From the NCBI GenBank assembly GCA_031265105.1, contig JAISDC010000046.1, positions 1 to 47,005 of the forward strand: 47,005 nucleotides of DNA, written 5' to 3'. The translations under genes and the position numbers were made by a program. This document shows, in pieces, positions 34,812-43,554 of the stretch; positions within the stretch are counted from its first letter, which is position 1, and every line of letters begins with the position of its first letter. A model generated the notes under the pieces. That model saw only the letters and a list, made by a program, of their open reading frames with translations. It was not told the DNA's origin and ran no database searches. Source of the DNA: Verrucomicrobiales bacterium (GTDB lineage Bacteria; Verrucomicrobiota; Verrucomicrobiia; Methylacidiphilales; JAAUTS01).

Positions 34812-35588
34812 TCAATGGTCGGTTGGCTGAAAGAATCGTTGTTCCGTCGGAATGGCCAGGGTGGTTTCCAGTTTTTGAATATGTTCCTTGACCATATCCC
34901 AGCGATGCTGGTCAACGCCATGTTCCTGGCAACTCTGCCACAATTGTCGCCAATACTCGTAAGCTGCCTGGTCTTGCTTCGCCTTCTCAAGCATAAGACC
35001 GACAGATCTTTCCAGATATAACGGCGCCTTCGGCCGCTGCAACGCTTCTTTATAACATTCCGCGGCTTGCTCGTAATTACCCAAACGCCGCCAATACAGG
35101 TCGCCCAGGCGCTGGTATAAAATCGGCTTTTCGGGAATCACCCGGATGCCGCGCTCCAGCAAATCCTTGCCCGCCTCAATCCACCTTCTGGCATCATGCT
35201 TGCGCCGGTCGATGCCTCCCTTGACCGGGCCGTGCTCGACCGCCACGCTCGCGTTCCACGCCAGATTCCACGCCCCCATGTCCCAAAAAAACGCCACCCG
35301 CGGCTGCAACAGCACGCACATTTCCGCCAGCGCCGCCACCCGCTCCCATTCCTGTTCCTGCCAAGCGCTGGTCAGCGAAAGCCACAGCGAATCCGCCGCC
35401 AGGCCGCGAAACCCGCCCAACGCCGCCATGGTGAAGCCCTGTCCCAGACTGTCACGCAATTGGTAACTCATCGGCAAGTCCTGCCCCACCATCACCACTT
35501 TGCGCTCGGCGGCCAGCCGGTTTTCCCAACCGACTTTTCCCGCGCCCCAGATGACGATCAGCGCCAGTGCCAGCAACCGGAGTTTCAT
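34812..35588 (-). CDS. Membrane-anchored TPR-like hypothetical protein
   Basis: N-terminal hydrophobic anchor MKLRLLALALIVIWGAG and helical-repeat-like segments (LGDLYWRRLGNYEQAAECYKEAL). 4-nt overlap with the permease gene. Confidence 0.6.
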   Translation of the reverse strand: MKLRLLALALIVIWGAGKVGWENRLAAERKVVMVGQDLPMSYQLRDSLGQGFTMAALGGFRGLAADSLWLSLTSAWQEQEWERVAALAEMCVLLQPRVAFFWDMGAWNLAWNASVAVEHGPVKGGIDRRKHDARRWIEAGKDLLERGIRVIPEKPILYQRLGDLYWRRLGNYEQAAECYKEALQRPKAPLYLERSVGLMLEKAKQDQAAYEYWRQLWQSCQEHGVDQHRWDMVKEHIQKLETTLAIPTEQRFFQPTDH

Positions 35589-36466
35589 AATTCGCGGCTC
35601 TCAAATAACAGCGAGGACACTCCCAGCGCGATGACCGTGTATCCTCCCGTATAAAGCAGGATGTGCCGCGTGTTGAGCCACAGCACCCGGTTGCCGCCGA
35701 TAATTTCATCAATCAAGTTGAACGTCTGGAAATCCGGGATGAGCAGCGAAATCGCCGCCAAAAAAACGGTGGTGAGCCAGCTGGCGCCACTCTCCGGCGC
35801 CAGCCAAAAATCCCGCGCCACCGACTGCAAGTGGCCAATCAAATACACAAACAGGGTGCAGCTGACAATGAACACGGTGGAGGAGGCCAGCGTGGAGAAA
35901 AACACGCTGATCACCGTCACCAGGCACAACTTTGCCCACACCAGCGTCAGCGCCTGCCACATCGCCGGATCATACGCGCCGGCGCGAAACTCATTGATCT
36001 GCTGCAACTGCAATTCGGTCGGCTGCCCCTGGCTGGTCGCCATGATGTCGTTGGTCAGCGAACTCTCGTGGCTCCACATCACCAGCATGAAAATCCCCGC
36101 CATCAGCGCCATGAACAGGGTCAGCAGCAGCGTCAGCCCCAGATACTTGCCGACGATGAATTCAAACTTCCGCACCGGCTTGCTCAACAGCGTGTAAATC
36201 GTGCGTTTTTCCAACTCCGCCGGAATCAGCATGGCCGCCCCTAACAAGGCAACCAGCAGGCCGATCACGCTGATGGCGGCGTAGGCCAAATCCTTCATGA
36301 ACTTGAACTCGTCGCCGCGAAAATCGAACTGCGTGTAAAAGCTCGACCCGCCCAGCATGATCAGGCAGAACACCGTCAGCACATACAACACTTTTTGCCG
36401 GATAGCCTCGGTAAAGGTGTTGCCGGCGATGACCCAAATATGACGCAAACTGTTTTTCATGATCAC
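35585..36466 (-). CDS. ABC-2 type transporter permease
   Basis: 293 aa with about six hydrophobic segments. Overlaps the ATPase stop (GTGA); an alternative ATG is at 36460. Confidence 0.75.
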   Translation of the reverse strand: MIMKNSLRHIWVIAGNTFTEAIRQKVLYVLTVFCLIMLGGSSFYTQFDFRGDEFKFMKDLAYAAISVIGLLVALLGAAMLIPAELEKRTIYTLLSKPVRKFEFIVGKYLGLTLLLTLFMALMAGIFMLVMWSHESSLTNDIMATSQGQPTELQLQQINEFRAGAYDPAMWQALTLVWAKLCLVTVISVFFSTLASSTVFIVSCTLFVYLIGHLQSVARDFWLAPESGASWLTTVFLAAISLLIPDFQTFNLIDEIIGGNRVLWLNTRHILLYTGGYTVIALGVSSLLFESREL

Positions 36467-37311
36467 TTGCTCACTGCGCGAATAAAATAATCCTCAAGCT
36501 GCTGCTTCGGCTGCGTCACCGCGATCAGCTCCGCGCCCGCGTTTTGCAGCCAGGCCGCCAGCTGCTCCTGCAACTCCGGCGTCAGGCCGCTGACGGTGAC
36601 TTGGCGCTGTCCTTGCACCGATAGTAACTCGTCCAGCGTCCCCTCCTGGATTTTTTTGCCGCGATGAAGAATAATCACCCGGTCGGCGACTTCCTGCACC
36701 TGCTCCAGCAAATGCGAGGAAAAAATAATCGTCTTGCCGCGCTTTTTCAGCGCCAGAATCAAGTCGCGAATCTGCCGCGAGCCGACCGGATCGACGCCTG
36801 CCGTCGGCTCGTCCAGCAACAGCAAATCCGGGTCGTGCAACAGCGCCTGCGCCAGCCCGACGCGCTGCAACATGCCCTTGGAATAAGTTTTCAAGGCTCG
36901 GCCCGCCGCCGGTTGCAGGCTCACCAACTCAAGCAATTCCTCCACCCGCGCGCGCAAGCGCCGGCCGTGCAAATCCGCCAGCTTGCCGTAATAATTCAGC
37001 ACCTCGCGTCCCGATAAAAAACCGGGAAAATACGGATTTTCCGGCAAAAAGCCGAGCCGCCGCCGCGAGGCCAGCGAACCGGCTTCCTGGCCAAACACCC
37101 GCGCCTGCCCCGTCGTCGGTCTGATCAAGCCGAGCAACAACTTCAGCGTCGTGCTTTTGCCGGAACCGTTGGGGCCGAGCAAACCGAACACCTCGCCCCG
37201 CCGGACTCGCAGGTCCAGGCCATCCAGCGCCAGTAATCGTTTGCGCGTCCATTCCAACGTGAAAGTCTTGGTCAGGTTCGCGGCGCTGACGGCGAAGTCT
37301 GGTTCGTTCAT
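36463..37311 (-). CDS. ABC transporter ATP-binding protein
   Basis: Walker A GPNGSGKST, signature YSKGMLQRV, Walker B LLLLDEPTAGVD. Confidence 0.93.
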   Translation of the reverse strand: MNEPDFAVSAANLTKTFTLEWTRKRLLALDGLDLRVRRGEVFGLLGPNGSGKSTTLKLLLGLIRPTTGQARVFGQEAGSLASRRRLGFLPENPYFPGFLSGREVLNYYGKLADLHGRRLRARVEELLELVSLQPAAGRALKTYSKGMLQRVGLAQALLHDPDLLLLDEPTAGVDPVGSRQIRDLILALKKRGKTIIFSSHLLEQVQEVADRVIILHRGKKIQEGTLDELLSVQGQRQVTVSGLTPELQEQLAAWLQNAGAELIAVTQPKQQLEDYFIRAVSK

Positions 37312-37580
37312 GGCAGAATATTGAATCCTTTCAATTGCGCATCAACCGCCGCGTCACGGCTCTCGACCGACTTGATATGCCCGTTCAAGTGACTGCGCGC
37401 GATGTCATCCGCCATTGCCGCCACCTCATCGTCAGCGCCTTGCAGGAACAACTCTACCCGCCCGTCCGGCAGATTGCGGACATAACCGGTTACGTCGAAC
37501 CCCGCCGCGATTTGGCGCACTGAATAACGAAACCCGACGCCCTGCACGCTGCCGGTGTAGAAAAATTTCCGCGCCTTCAT
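37308..37580 (-). CDS. acyP: Acylphosphatase
   Basis: 90 aa with VQGVGFRYS and GYVRNLPDGRVE motifs. 4-nt overlap with the ABC ATPase gene. Confidence 0.9.
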   Translation of the reverse strand: MKARKFFYTGSVQGVGFRYSVRQIAAGFDVTGYVRNLPDGRVELFLQGADDEVAAMADDIARSHLNGHIKSVESRDAAVDAQLKGFNILP

Positions 37581-37826
37581 GGCGACAGATCATAAAAGCG
37601 CGCTACACTGCTGGCAACATGAAACCCGCCCGCCGGAAAGTTGTCCGACCGAAAAAAAACGCCGCTGACCGTGACTGTGCTCCCACCAGGCGCGCCGTCC
37701 GCGCCGAGTTGTACCGGCCGGAGAACCTCGAAAAAGCCCGCCGTCTTGACCGCGGCCCGATTGTATAAAGCGCCGCTGACGATGTCTCGAAATCAATCCG
37801 CCTGATTTTCGGTCGGCGCTTGCCGC

Positions 37827-37860
37827 AAAAAATAAAAACGCCCGGCCGGACGGTCAGGCG
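37827..37860 (-). terminator. Probable intrinsic terminator of the rplS operon
   Basis: Minus strand reads CGCCTGACCGTCCGGCCGGGCG (GC-rich imperfect hairpin) followed by TTTTTATTTTTT, 25 nt after the rplS stop. Confidence 0.6.
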
Positions 37861-37884
37861 CTGATATTGAATGCAAACCGTGAA

Positions 37885-38259
37885 TTATTTCGCGGCGGCT
37901 TTGGCAGCTTTGGCGGCCTTGCGGTCCACGGATTTGACTTCCATGGTGCCCTTCTTCTTGCGGAGATAGCCGAGGCTGGCGCGCCGGACTTTGCCCTGGA
38001 TTTCGACCACGACTTTTTCAATGAAAGGCGAGTGAATCGGGAACACGCGCTCGACTCCCTCGCCGTAGCTGATGCGGCGGACGGTGAAAGTGGCGTTGAT
38101 GCCGCTGCCTTTCTTACCGATGACGATGCCGGCATAGTTCTGGATGCGTTCTTTTTCGCCTTCCTTGACGCGGGTGGAAACCTTCACGGTGTCGCCGACG
38201 CTGAAGCTCGGTATTTCCTTCTTGAGTTGTGCGCTCTCGATTTTTTCTATCGCTTTCAT
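37885..38259 (-). CDS. rplS: 50S ribosomal protein L19
   Basis: ...FSVGDTVKV..RVKEGEKERIQ.Y.G.VI...G.G...TFTVRR.S.GEGVERVFP.HSP.I... plus a Lys/Ala-rich C-terminal tail. Confidence 0.95.
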   Translation of the reverse strand: MKAIEKIESAQLKKEIPSFSVGDTVKVSTRVKEGEKERIQNYAGIVIGKKGSGINATFTVRRISYGEGVERVFPIHSPFIEKVVVEIQGKVRRASLGYLRKKKGTMEVKSVDRKAAKAAKAAAK

Positions 38260-38270
38260 ATCATTTGTTT

Positions 38271-39011
38271 TTATTGCTGGTCGTTGGCCGCCGCGTTTAA
38301 CGGCGACTTTACGCTACCAATGTTCTTGCTTTTTTCCAGCAGGTCCTTCCGACGTTCCGACGTCCTCCGGGCTGCCTGTTCTTTTCTCCATGCGCTAATG
38401 GCGGCATGGTGGCCTGTTAATAAAATCTCCGGCACTTTCCTGCCGCGAAACTCTTCCGGGCGCGTGTATTGCGGGCCTTCTAGCAACGCGTCGGCGCCGA
38501 ACGAATCCATTTGCGCCGAGGCCTCGTTGCCCAGCACGCCGGGCAACAGCCGCACCACGGCGTCAATGACGATCAGCGCCGCGATGGTGCCGTTGCTGAG
38601 GACATAGTCGCCAATGGACAATTCCTCGTCAATCCAGCCCTCGCGCACGCGTTCATCCACGCCCTCGTAATGTCCGCTGACAAAGATCAATCGTTCCAGC
38701 TTGCTGTATTCCAGCGCCTTCACTTGGTCGAATTTCACGCCTTCCGGCGTCAGGTACACGACCCTGCCCCTGACCGTTTCCCGCGTTTGCACGCTCTCAA
38801 TGCATTCGACCAACGGCTCGCATTTCATCACCATTCCGGGGCCGCCGCCAAACGGGCGGTCATCCACCGTGCGATGTTTCGCGTGCGCGTAGTCCCGAAT
38901 GTCATGGACATCAATTCGCACCTGCCCGCCGCGCTGCGCCCGACTCACGATGCTGGCCTGCAACGGCCCCGCCAGCATTTCGGGAAACAACGTCAGGACG
39001 TCAATTTTCAC
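38271..39011 (-). CDS. trmD: tRNA (guanine37-N1)-methyltransferase
   Basis: [36 protein letters not shown]-like [21 protein letters not shown]. Confidence 0.95.
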   Translation of the reverse strand: MKIDVLTLFPEMLAGPLQASIVSRAQRGGQVRIDVHDIRDYAHAKHRTVDDRPFGGGPGMVMKCEPLVECIESVQTRETVRGRVVYLTPEGVKFDQVKALEYSKLERLIFVSGHYEGVDERVREGWIDEELSIGDYVLSNGTIAALIVIDAVVRLLPGVLGNEASAQMDSFGADALLEGPQYTRPEEFRGRKVPEILLTGHHAAISAWRKEQAARRTSERRKDLLEKSKNIGSVKSPLNAAANDQQ

Positions 39012-39023
39012 GTCCCGCCTCCC

Positions 39024-39260
39024 TTAGTTGGTTTCCACTAACTCAATCCGCACTTGCTTGCTGCCATTGGCAGCGGCGGCATTGCACAGGTTGCGAATCG
39101 CGGAAATCGTGCGGCCTCTTTTGCCGATTACCCGGCCCATGTCGAGCGAATTTAAATGCACCAGACAGTCAATGCTATCCGGCCGTTCTGTCATTTTGAC
39201 CTCCACTTCCCCCGCGTGTTGCACCAATGCGGAAACCACAAATTCCACAAAGTATTTCAT
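39024..39260 (-). CDS. KH-domain RNA-binding protein (UPF0109/YlqC-like)
   Basis: 78 aa with VIGKRGRTISAIRNL GxxG loop. Conserved position between rpsP and trmD. Confidence 0.85.
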   Translation of the reverse strand: MKYFVEFVVSALVQHAGEVEVKMTERPDSIDCLVHLNSLDMGRVIGKRGRTISAIRNLCNAAAANGSKQVRIELVETN

Positions 39261-39290
39261 ACGCGGTACAGTTCACTGTCAGCGCCGGTC

Positions 39291-39545
39291 TCAGGCCTTG
39301 GCGGCCTTGGCTTGCGCCTTTTTCACCAAGTGCCTGACCGTGTCACTGGCCTTGGCGCCCTGGGCGAGCCAATGTTCGACGCGCTCCAGTTTGAGTTGTT
39401 TTTCCTGGTTCTTGCCGATCGGATCGTAGGAACCCACAATCTCGATGAACTTGCCGTCACGGGGCGCGCGCTTGTCCGCCACCACCACGTTGTAAAACGG
39501 CCTGTTTTTCGCGCCCTCACGACGCAAACGAATCACTACTGCCAT
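39291..39545 (-). CDS. rpsP: 30S ribosomal protein S16
   Basis: MAVVIRLRREGAKNRPFYNVVVADKRAPRDGKFIE.VG.YDP. Confidence 0.95.
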   Translation of the reverse strand: MAVVIRLRREGAKNRPFYNVVVADKRAPRDGKFIEIVGSYDPIGKNQEKQLKLERVEHWLAQGAKASDTVRHLVKKAQAKAAKA

Positions 39546-39566
39546 ATATAATCACCTATTCTTTCG

Positions 39567-40904
39567 CTACTTGCCCGCCGACCCTATGCCGCCGAGCAGT
39601 CGCTTTAGTTTATTCTCCCGATTGCCGCCCTTGAACAGCTTGCCCATCATTTTCTGCATGGTACGGAAGCGATGCAACAGTTCGTTGACTTCCGTCACGC
39701 TGGTGCCGCTGCCCGTGGCTATCCTTTGGCGACGCTTCGCATTCAAAACTTCGGGGCGCCGCCGTTCCTGCGCCGTCATGGCGCTGACAATCGCCTCCGT
39801 CCTCTTTAACACTTTATCGTCCAGAGAGAAATTTTGCATACTACCCATGCCGGGCAACATGCCAAGCAGATTTTGCAGCGGCCCCAATTTTTTTAGCTGC
39901 TTCATCTGGTCCATGAAATCCTGCAAGTTGAATTCCGCGTTGCGTAATTTGGACTCCATTTTGGCGGCGTCCTCCAAATCAATCTGCTCCGCGACCTTCT
40001 CCACCAGCCCGTACAAGTCGCCCATGCCCAGCAGCCGTTGGATGAGACGGTCAGCGTGGAACACCTCAAACTGCTCCGCGCGCTCGCCGGTGCCGATGAA
40101 CTTGATGGGCACCCCGGTCACCGCCTGCAACGAAAACGCCGCGCCGCCCTTCGCGTCGCCGTCGAACTTTGACAGCACAATCCCCGTCAGCGGCACCGCC
40201 GCGTGAAACGCCCGCGCCACCTCCGCCGCGCTCTGGCCCAGCGCCGCGTCCGCCACCAACAGCGACTCGTCCGGGGTGATTTGCGTCGCGGCATTTTTTA
40301 GCTCGGCCAACAACTCCGCGTTGATTTCCGTGCGTCCCGCCAAGTCGAAAATGGTCACATCAAACCGGCCATTGGCAGCGTGCGCCAGCGCCGCCTGCAA
40401 GTGTGTTGGCAAATTCATCCCCGGCGCCGGCGCGAAAACCTCAAGTTCATGCTGCCGTCCCAAAGTTTGCAACTGTTGCACCGCCGCCGGACGACTCAAA
40501 TCCGCCGCCACCAGCAAGACTTTTTCCCGCTGTTTCTTCAACATCAGCGCCAGCTTGCCCGCCGTGGTGGTCTTGCCCGCGCCGTTCAAACCGCACAGCG
40601 CCACCGTCAGCGGACGCCGCGCTGACAGTGCGCCGTCGCCCGCCTGGAAAATCGCCAGCAACTCATCGTGCACCACCTTGACGAACATATCGCCGGGCCG
40701 GATGGATTTGCTGAATTCCTCGCCCAGCGCCTTGGCCTTGACCCGCTCGCAAAAATCCCTAGTAACCCGGTAATTGACATCCGCCGCCAGCAGCGCCAGC
40801 CGCACCTCGCGCAACGCCTCCGCCACATTGCTTTCCGTCAGCCTGCCGTAACCGCGCAGCTTGGAAAACACGCCTTGAAATTTATCTGCCAATTGCTCCA
40901 GCAT
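39567..40904 (-). CDS. ffh: Signal recognition particle protein
   Basis: GLNGAGKTTT P-loop, DLAGR, and an M-domain with Met-rich LLGMLPGMG. Confidence 0.96.
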   Translation of the reverse strand: MLEQLADKFQGVFSKLRGYGRLTESNVAEALREVRLALLAADVNYRVTRDFCERVKAKALGEEFSKSIRPGDMFVKVVHDELLAIFQAGDGALSARRPLTVALCGLNGAGKTTTAGKLALMLKKQREKVLLVAADLSRPAAVQQLQTLGRQHELEVFAPAPGMNLPTHLQAALAHAANGRFDVTIFDLAGRTEINAELLAELKNAATQITPDESLLVADAALGQSAAEVARAFHAAVPLTGIVLSKFDGDAKGGAAFSLQAVTGVPIKFIGTGERAEQFEVFHADRLIQRLLGMGDLYGLVEKVAEQIDLEDAAKMESKLRNAEFNLQDFMDQMKQLKKLGPLQNLLGMLPGMGSMQNFSLDDKVLKRTEAIVSAMTAQERRRPEVLNAKRRQRIATGSGTSVTEVNELLHRFRTMQKMMGKLFKGGNRENKLKRLLGGIGSAGK

Positions 40905-40986
40905 GGGAAAAATAATCTAGGGACGAACCAGCCCCAGCGCAAAGCAAAACTCCACCCGCTGACCGTGCCCGCCGGATTGGTCACCG

Positions 40987-41805
40987 TCAGCGCCCGCGAC
41001 CGCCGCCCCAGCCGCCGCCGCGTCCGCCTGGGCCGCCTGGACCACCGCCACCGCCACCGCCGGGACGGATTTCGGCGTCAATGCCCCGCGATTCCTGCTC
41101 CACGGCTTTCATGTAATCGGGATAGGTTTTCCACCATTCGCGGCGCTCCTGCAAATAATCAAACAACGGCAGATTGGTGTTCAGCCGGCTGAGCAAGGTC
41201 TCGCGCTCGGTCAGCATGGCCTGGATTTTCTCGCCGTCGGGGCGTTTGGCGATGGCGGCCAGCACGTCGATTTTCATCATCTGGTACAACGCGGCATCCT
41301 GCGGCACCAGGCTTTCCTCGCGACCATACCAAAACTCGCCGGCTTGAATCGCCGCATATGCCTTGTCAAAATATTCCAGGATGCCCTCGGGAGTCTGGTT
41401 GTCGGCGGAACGCTGTTTGCGGAACACTGCCGGTGACCGGCGCGACAGGGATTGTTTCATGAGAAACAGGTATTCCTCGGGCTTGATGCCGTACAGCCGG
41501 TTGGCGGTCTCGCCGAGGATGGGATTGACATAGGCGTCAATTTCCAGGATGCGCTTGGTAGCCTTGTCGTTCTGTTCCTGGACTTTCTTGACCAGTTCAC
41601 TGACATTGTTGACGGCTTGCATGCCGAGCGTGAACTCGTCGTTGGCATCCTGGTTTCGTGCCGTGCCGCTGACGGTGGTCGTGCCGCTGCCAGTGGTCGC
41701 GGCGGTGGCGCTGCCAGTGGCGGCGGCCTTGCCGCGATAATCCTGCCCGTGCGCCGGCGGCCAGGCCAGGGCCAGCAATCCCAGTATCAGCGTAATCGGT
41801 TTCAT
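40987..41805 (-). CDS. Hypothetical secreted protein with Gly/Arg-rich C-terminal tail
   Basis: Signal peptide MKPITLILGLLALAWPPAHG and tail RPGGGGGGGPGGPGGRGGGWGGGRGR. 4-nt overlap with the upstream gene. Confidence 0.6.
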   Translation of the reverse strand: MKPITLILGLLALAWPPAHGQDYRGKAAATGSATAATTGSGTTTVSGTARNQDANDEFTLGMQAVNNVSELVKKVQEQNDKATKRILEIDAYVNPILGETANRLYGIKPEEYLFLMKQSLSRRSPAVFRKQRSADNQTPEGILEYFDKAYAAIQAGEFWYGREESLVPQDAALYQMMKIDVLAAIAKRPDGEKIQAMLTERETLLSRLNTNLPLFDYLQERREWWKTYPDYMKAVEQESRGIDAEIRPGGGGGGGPGGPGGRGGGWGGGRGR

Positions 41806-42362
41806 TGATATTTCCCCAGCGCGGTTTGGTAATATTGCAGATGTTCCTGAATCAGGCGGATGATGTCGGTCACCTGGGTGTCCGCCGTTTGATACAAACC
41901 CAGATACCGTTGCAATTCGCCAACCGAGCGCCCGAAATCGCCGCGCGACTTGGCAAACATATTGTCAGGATCGGTGTCCTGGATGGCCTTGCTCATTCGT
42001 TCCTCGCGCTCCTTGTCCGACAGGCTGTAACCGGCCTGCCGTTTTTGCTTTTCCTGCTGTTCCAGGAATTGTCGTCGTTTGCCCGCGCCGCCGCCGGAGC
42101 GATAATAACGCGAAATATCCTGCGCCTTGGCAATCACTGTCAGCAGCAGTTGATGCGTGTCCTCATCGTGCATCCGGGCGGACAGGTTTTTATCCAGCGC
42201 GCTCAGGTTTCGCGTGAACGCGCCGGTAATCTGGCTGAGGTCAATGTTGCTGGTGTTGCGAATCGGATCCAAGTCCTGCGCCCGCAAAGGCACGGTCAGC
42301 GCCAGTGTCGCGAGCGTCACGGTCAGCGTCAGTTTCAGTTTCAATGCCGTTTTTTTCATCAT
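41802..42362 (-). CDS. Hypothetical secreted helical protein
   Basis: Signal peptide MMKKTALKLKLTLTVTLATLALTVPLRAQD. No domain recognised. Confidence 0.55.
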   Translation of the reverse strand: MMKKTALKLKLTLTVTLATLALTVPLRAQDLDPIRNTSNIDLSQITGAFTRNLSALDKNLSARMHDEDTHQLLLTVIAKAQDISRYYRSGGGAGKRRQFLEQQEKQKRQAGYSLSDKEREERMSKAIQDTDPDNMFAKSRGDFGRSVGELQRYLGLYQTADTQVTDIIRLIQEHLQYYQTALGKYQ

Positions 42363-42392
42363 TACCTCCCGCCTTTAATCTACCTCATTTTA

Positions 42393-43541
42393 TCACCGCG
42401 TTGTTTTGAAATCCTGGTCCGCCGCGCGCTCGAACGCCGCCTTCGCCTCGTTGGCCTTGGGCAGGTTGGTTTGCTGCACCAGCCACAACACCATCTTGCC
42501 GGTGTTTTTATAGACGGTGGTGTTGGTGCCGTGCGAGCCGCTATGCCCCATCGAGTTGTCGCTGCAAGCCCAGCCGAGACCGTAGCCGTTTTTCACCGCG
42601 TCGCCGGTTTGCTTCTTGCCCAGTTCCGCGACCGCGGCGGCGCTGAGGATGCGGGTGCCGTGGAACACTCCTTTGCCGGCGATCATTTGGTAAAATTTCA
42701 CCAGGTCCTCCGGCGTGCTGAACAGGCCGCCCGCCGCCTCGGCGAAACGCTTTTCACGGTTGTCGAGCGGATATTGCAACTGGCCGATGTCCACCGCTTC
42801 CAGCTTGCCGTCCTTCACACAGTAAGCTTTCGCCAGTTGCTCCAGTTGCGCGCCCGTCGGCCAGAAGGTCGTGTTGGTCATGCCCAGCGGGTTGAACAAC
42901 CGCTGTTGCAAAAACTCGTCATACGGCTGGCCGGAAATTTTTTCAATAATCGCGGCGATGATGTTGATGCCCTGGTTCGAGTAATTGTAATCCGCGCCGG
43001 GCTGGAAGCGCAACGGCGTGATGGCGCTGACCGTGACGCCCTCCTGAAACGGCAGCACGTCAATTTTGCCCGCGCGTTGCTGCGCCAGGTTCACCCATTC
43101 CATGCCGCTGGTGTGCGACAGCACCTGCCGCACGGTGGGCGGGTTGGTCGGTTCCTCGACATGCCAGCGGGTTTCGCCGCTGCCGGTGAGGATTTTCAGG
43201 TCTTTCAATGCGGGCAGATAGTTGGCGACCAGCTGGTCGAGGTCGAGCTTGCCCTCGTCCCACAAAATCATCGCCGCCGCGCCGCATATCGGCTTGCTTT
43301 GCGAGGCCACCCAAAACAAGGTGTCGGCCTTCATCGGCTTTTGGTTCTCGATGTCCGCCCAGCCGACGCAGGTGAGGTCGAGCACCCGCTCCGGGTCGGC
43401 GACCACCGTGACGACGCCCGGCAAGTCGCCGCGGTCGATGTACGGTTGCAGGATGTTCTGATACTGCTGCGCCTGGCCGCTGACGGCGAGCGCGCCGAGG
43501 GTCACGGTCAGCGCCGGCCAGGTTTTTATCGTGCCAGTCAT
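42393..43541 (-). CDS. Serine hydrolase, beta-lactamase/transpeptidase-like (class C / PBP4* type)
   Basis: S-x-x-K motif (VASQSKP) and Y-S-N motif (NYSNQG), with signal peptide from ATG 43541 (MTGTIKTWPALTVTLGALAVSGQA). Confidence 0.82.
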   Translation of the reverse strand: MTGTIKTWPALTVTLGALAVSGQAQQYQNILQPYIDRGDLPGVVTVVADPERVLDLTCVGWADIENQKPMKADTLFWVASQSKPICGAAAMILWDEGKLDLDQLVANYLPALKDLKILTGSGETRWHVEEPTNPPTVRQVLSHTSGMEWVNLAQQRAGKIDVLPFQEGVTVSAITPLRFQPGADYNYSNQGINIIAAIIEKISGQPYDEFLQQRLFNPLGMTNTTFWPTGAQLEQLAKAYCVKDGKLEAVDIGQLQYPLDNREKRFAEAAGGLFSTPEDLVKFYQMIAGKGVFHGTRILSAAAVAELGKKQTGDAVKNGYGLGWACSDNSMGHSGSHGTNTTVYKNTGKMVLWLVQQTNLPKANEAKAAFERAADQDFKTTR

Positions 43542-43554
43542 AAATCGGGATTTT

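Noticed and set aside
37581-37826. Small ORF 37590..37796 or an ncRNA in the 300-bp gap between rplS and acyP
   Set aside because: The ORF is Arg/Gly-rich with no start context. The gap contains decayed motif/terminator copies, and I cannot support a structured RNA from sequence alone.
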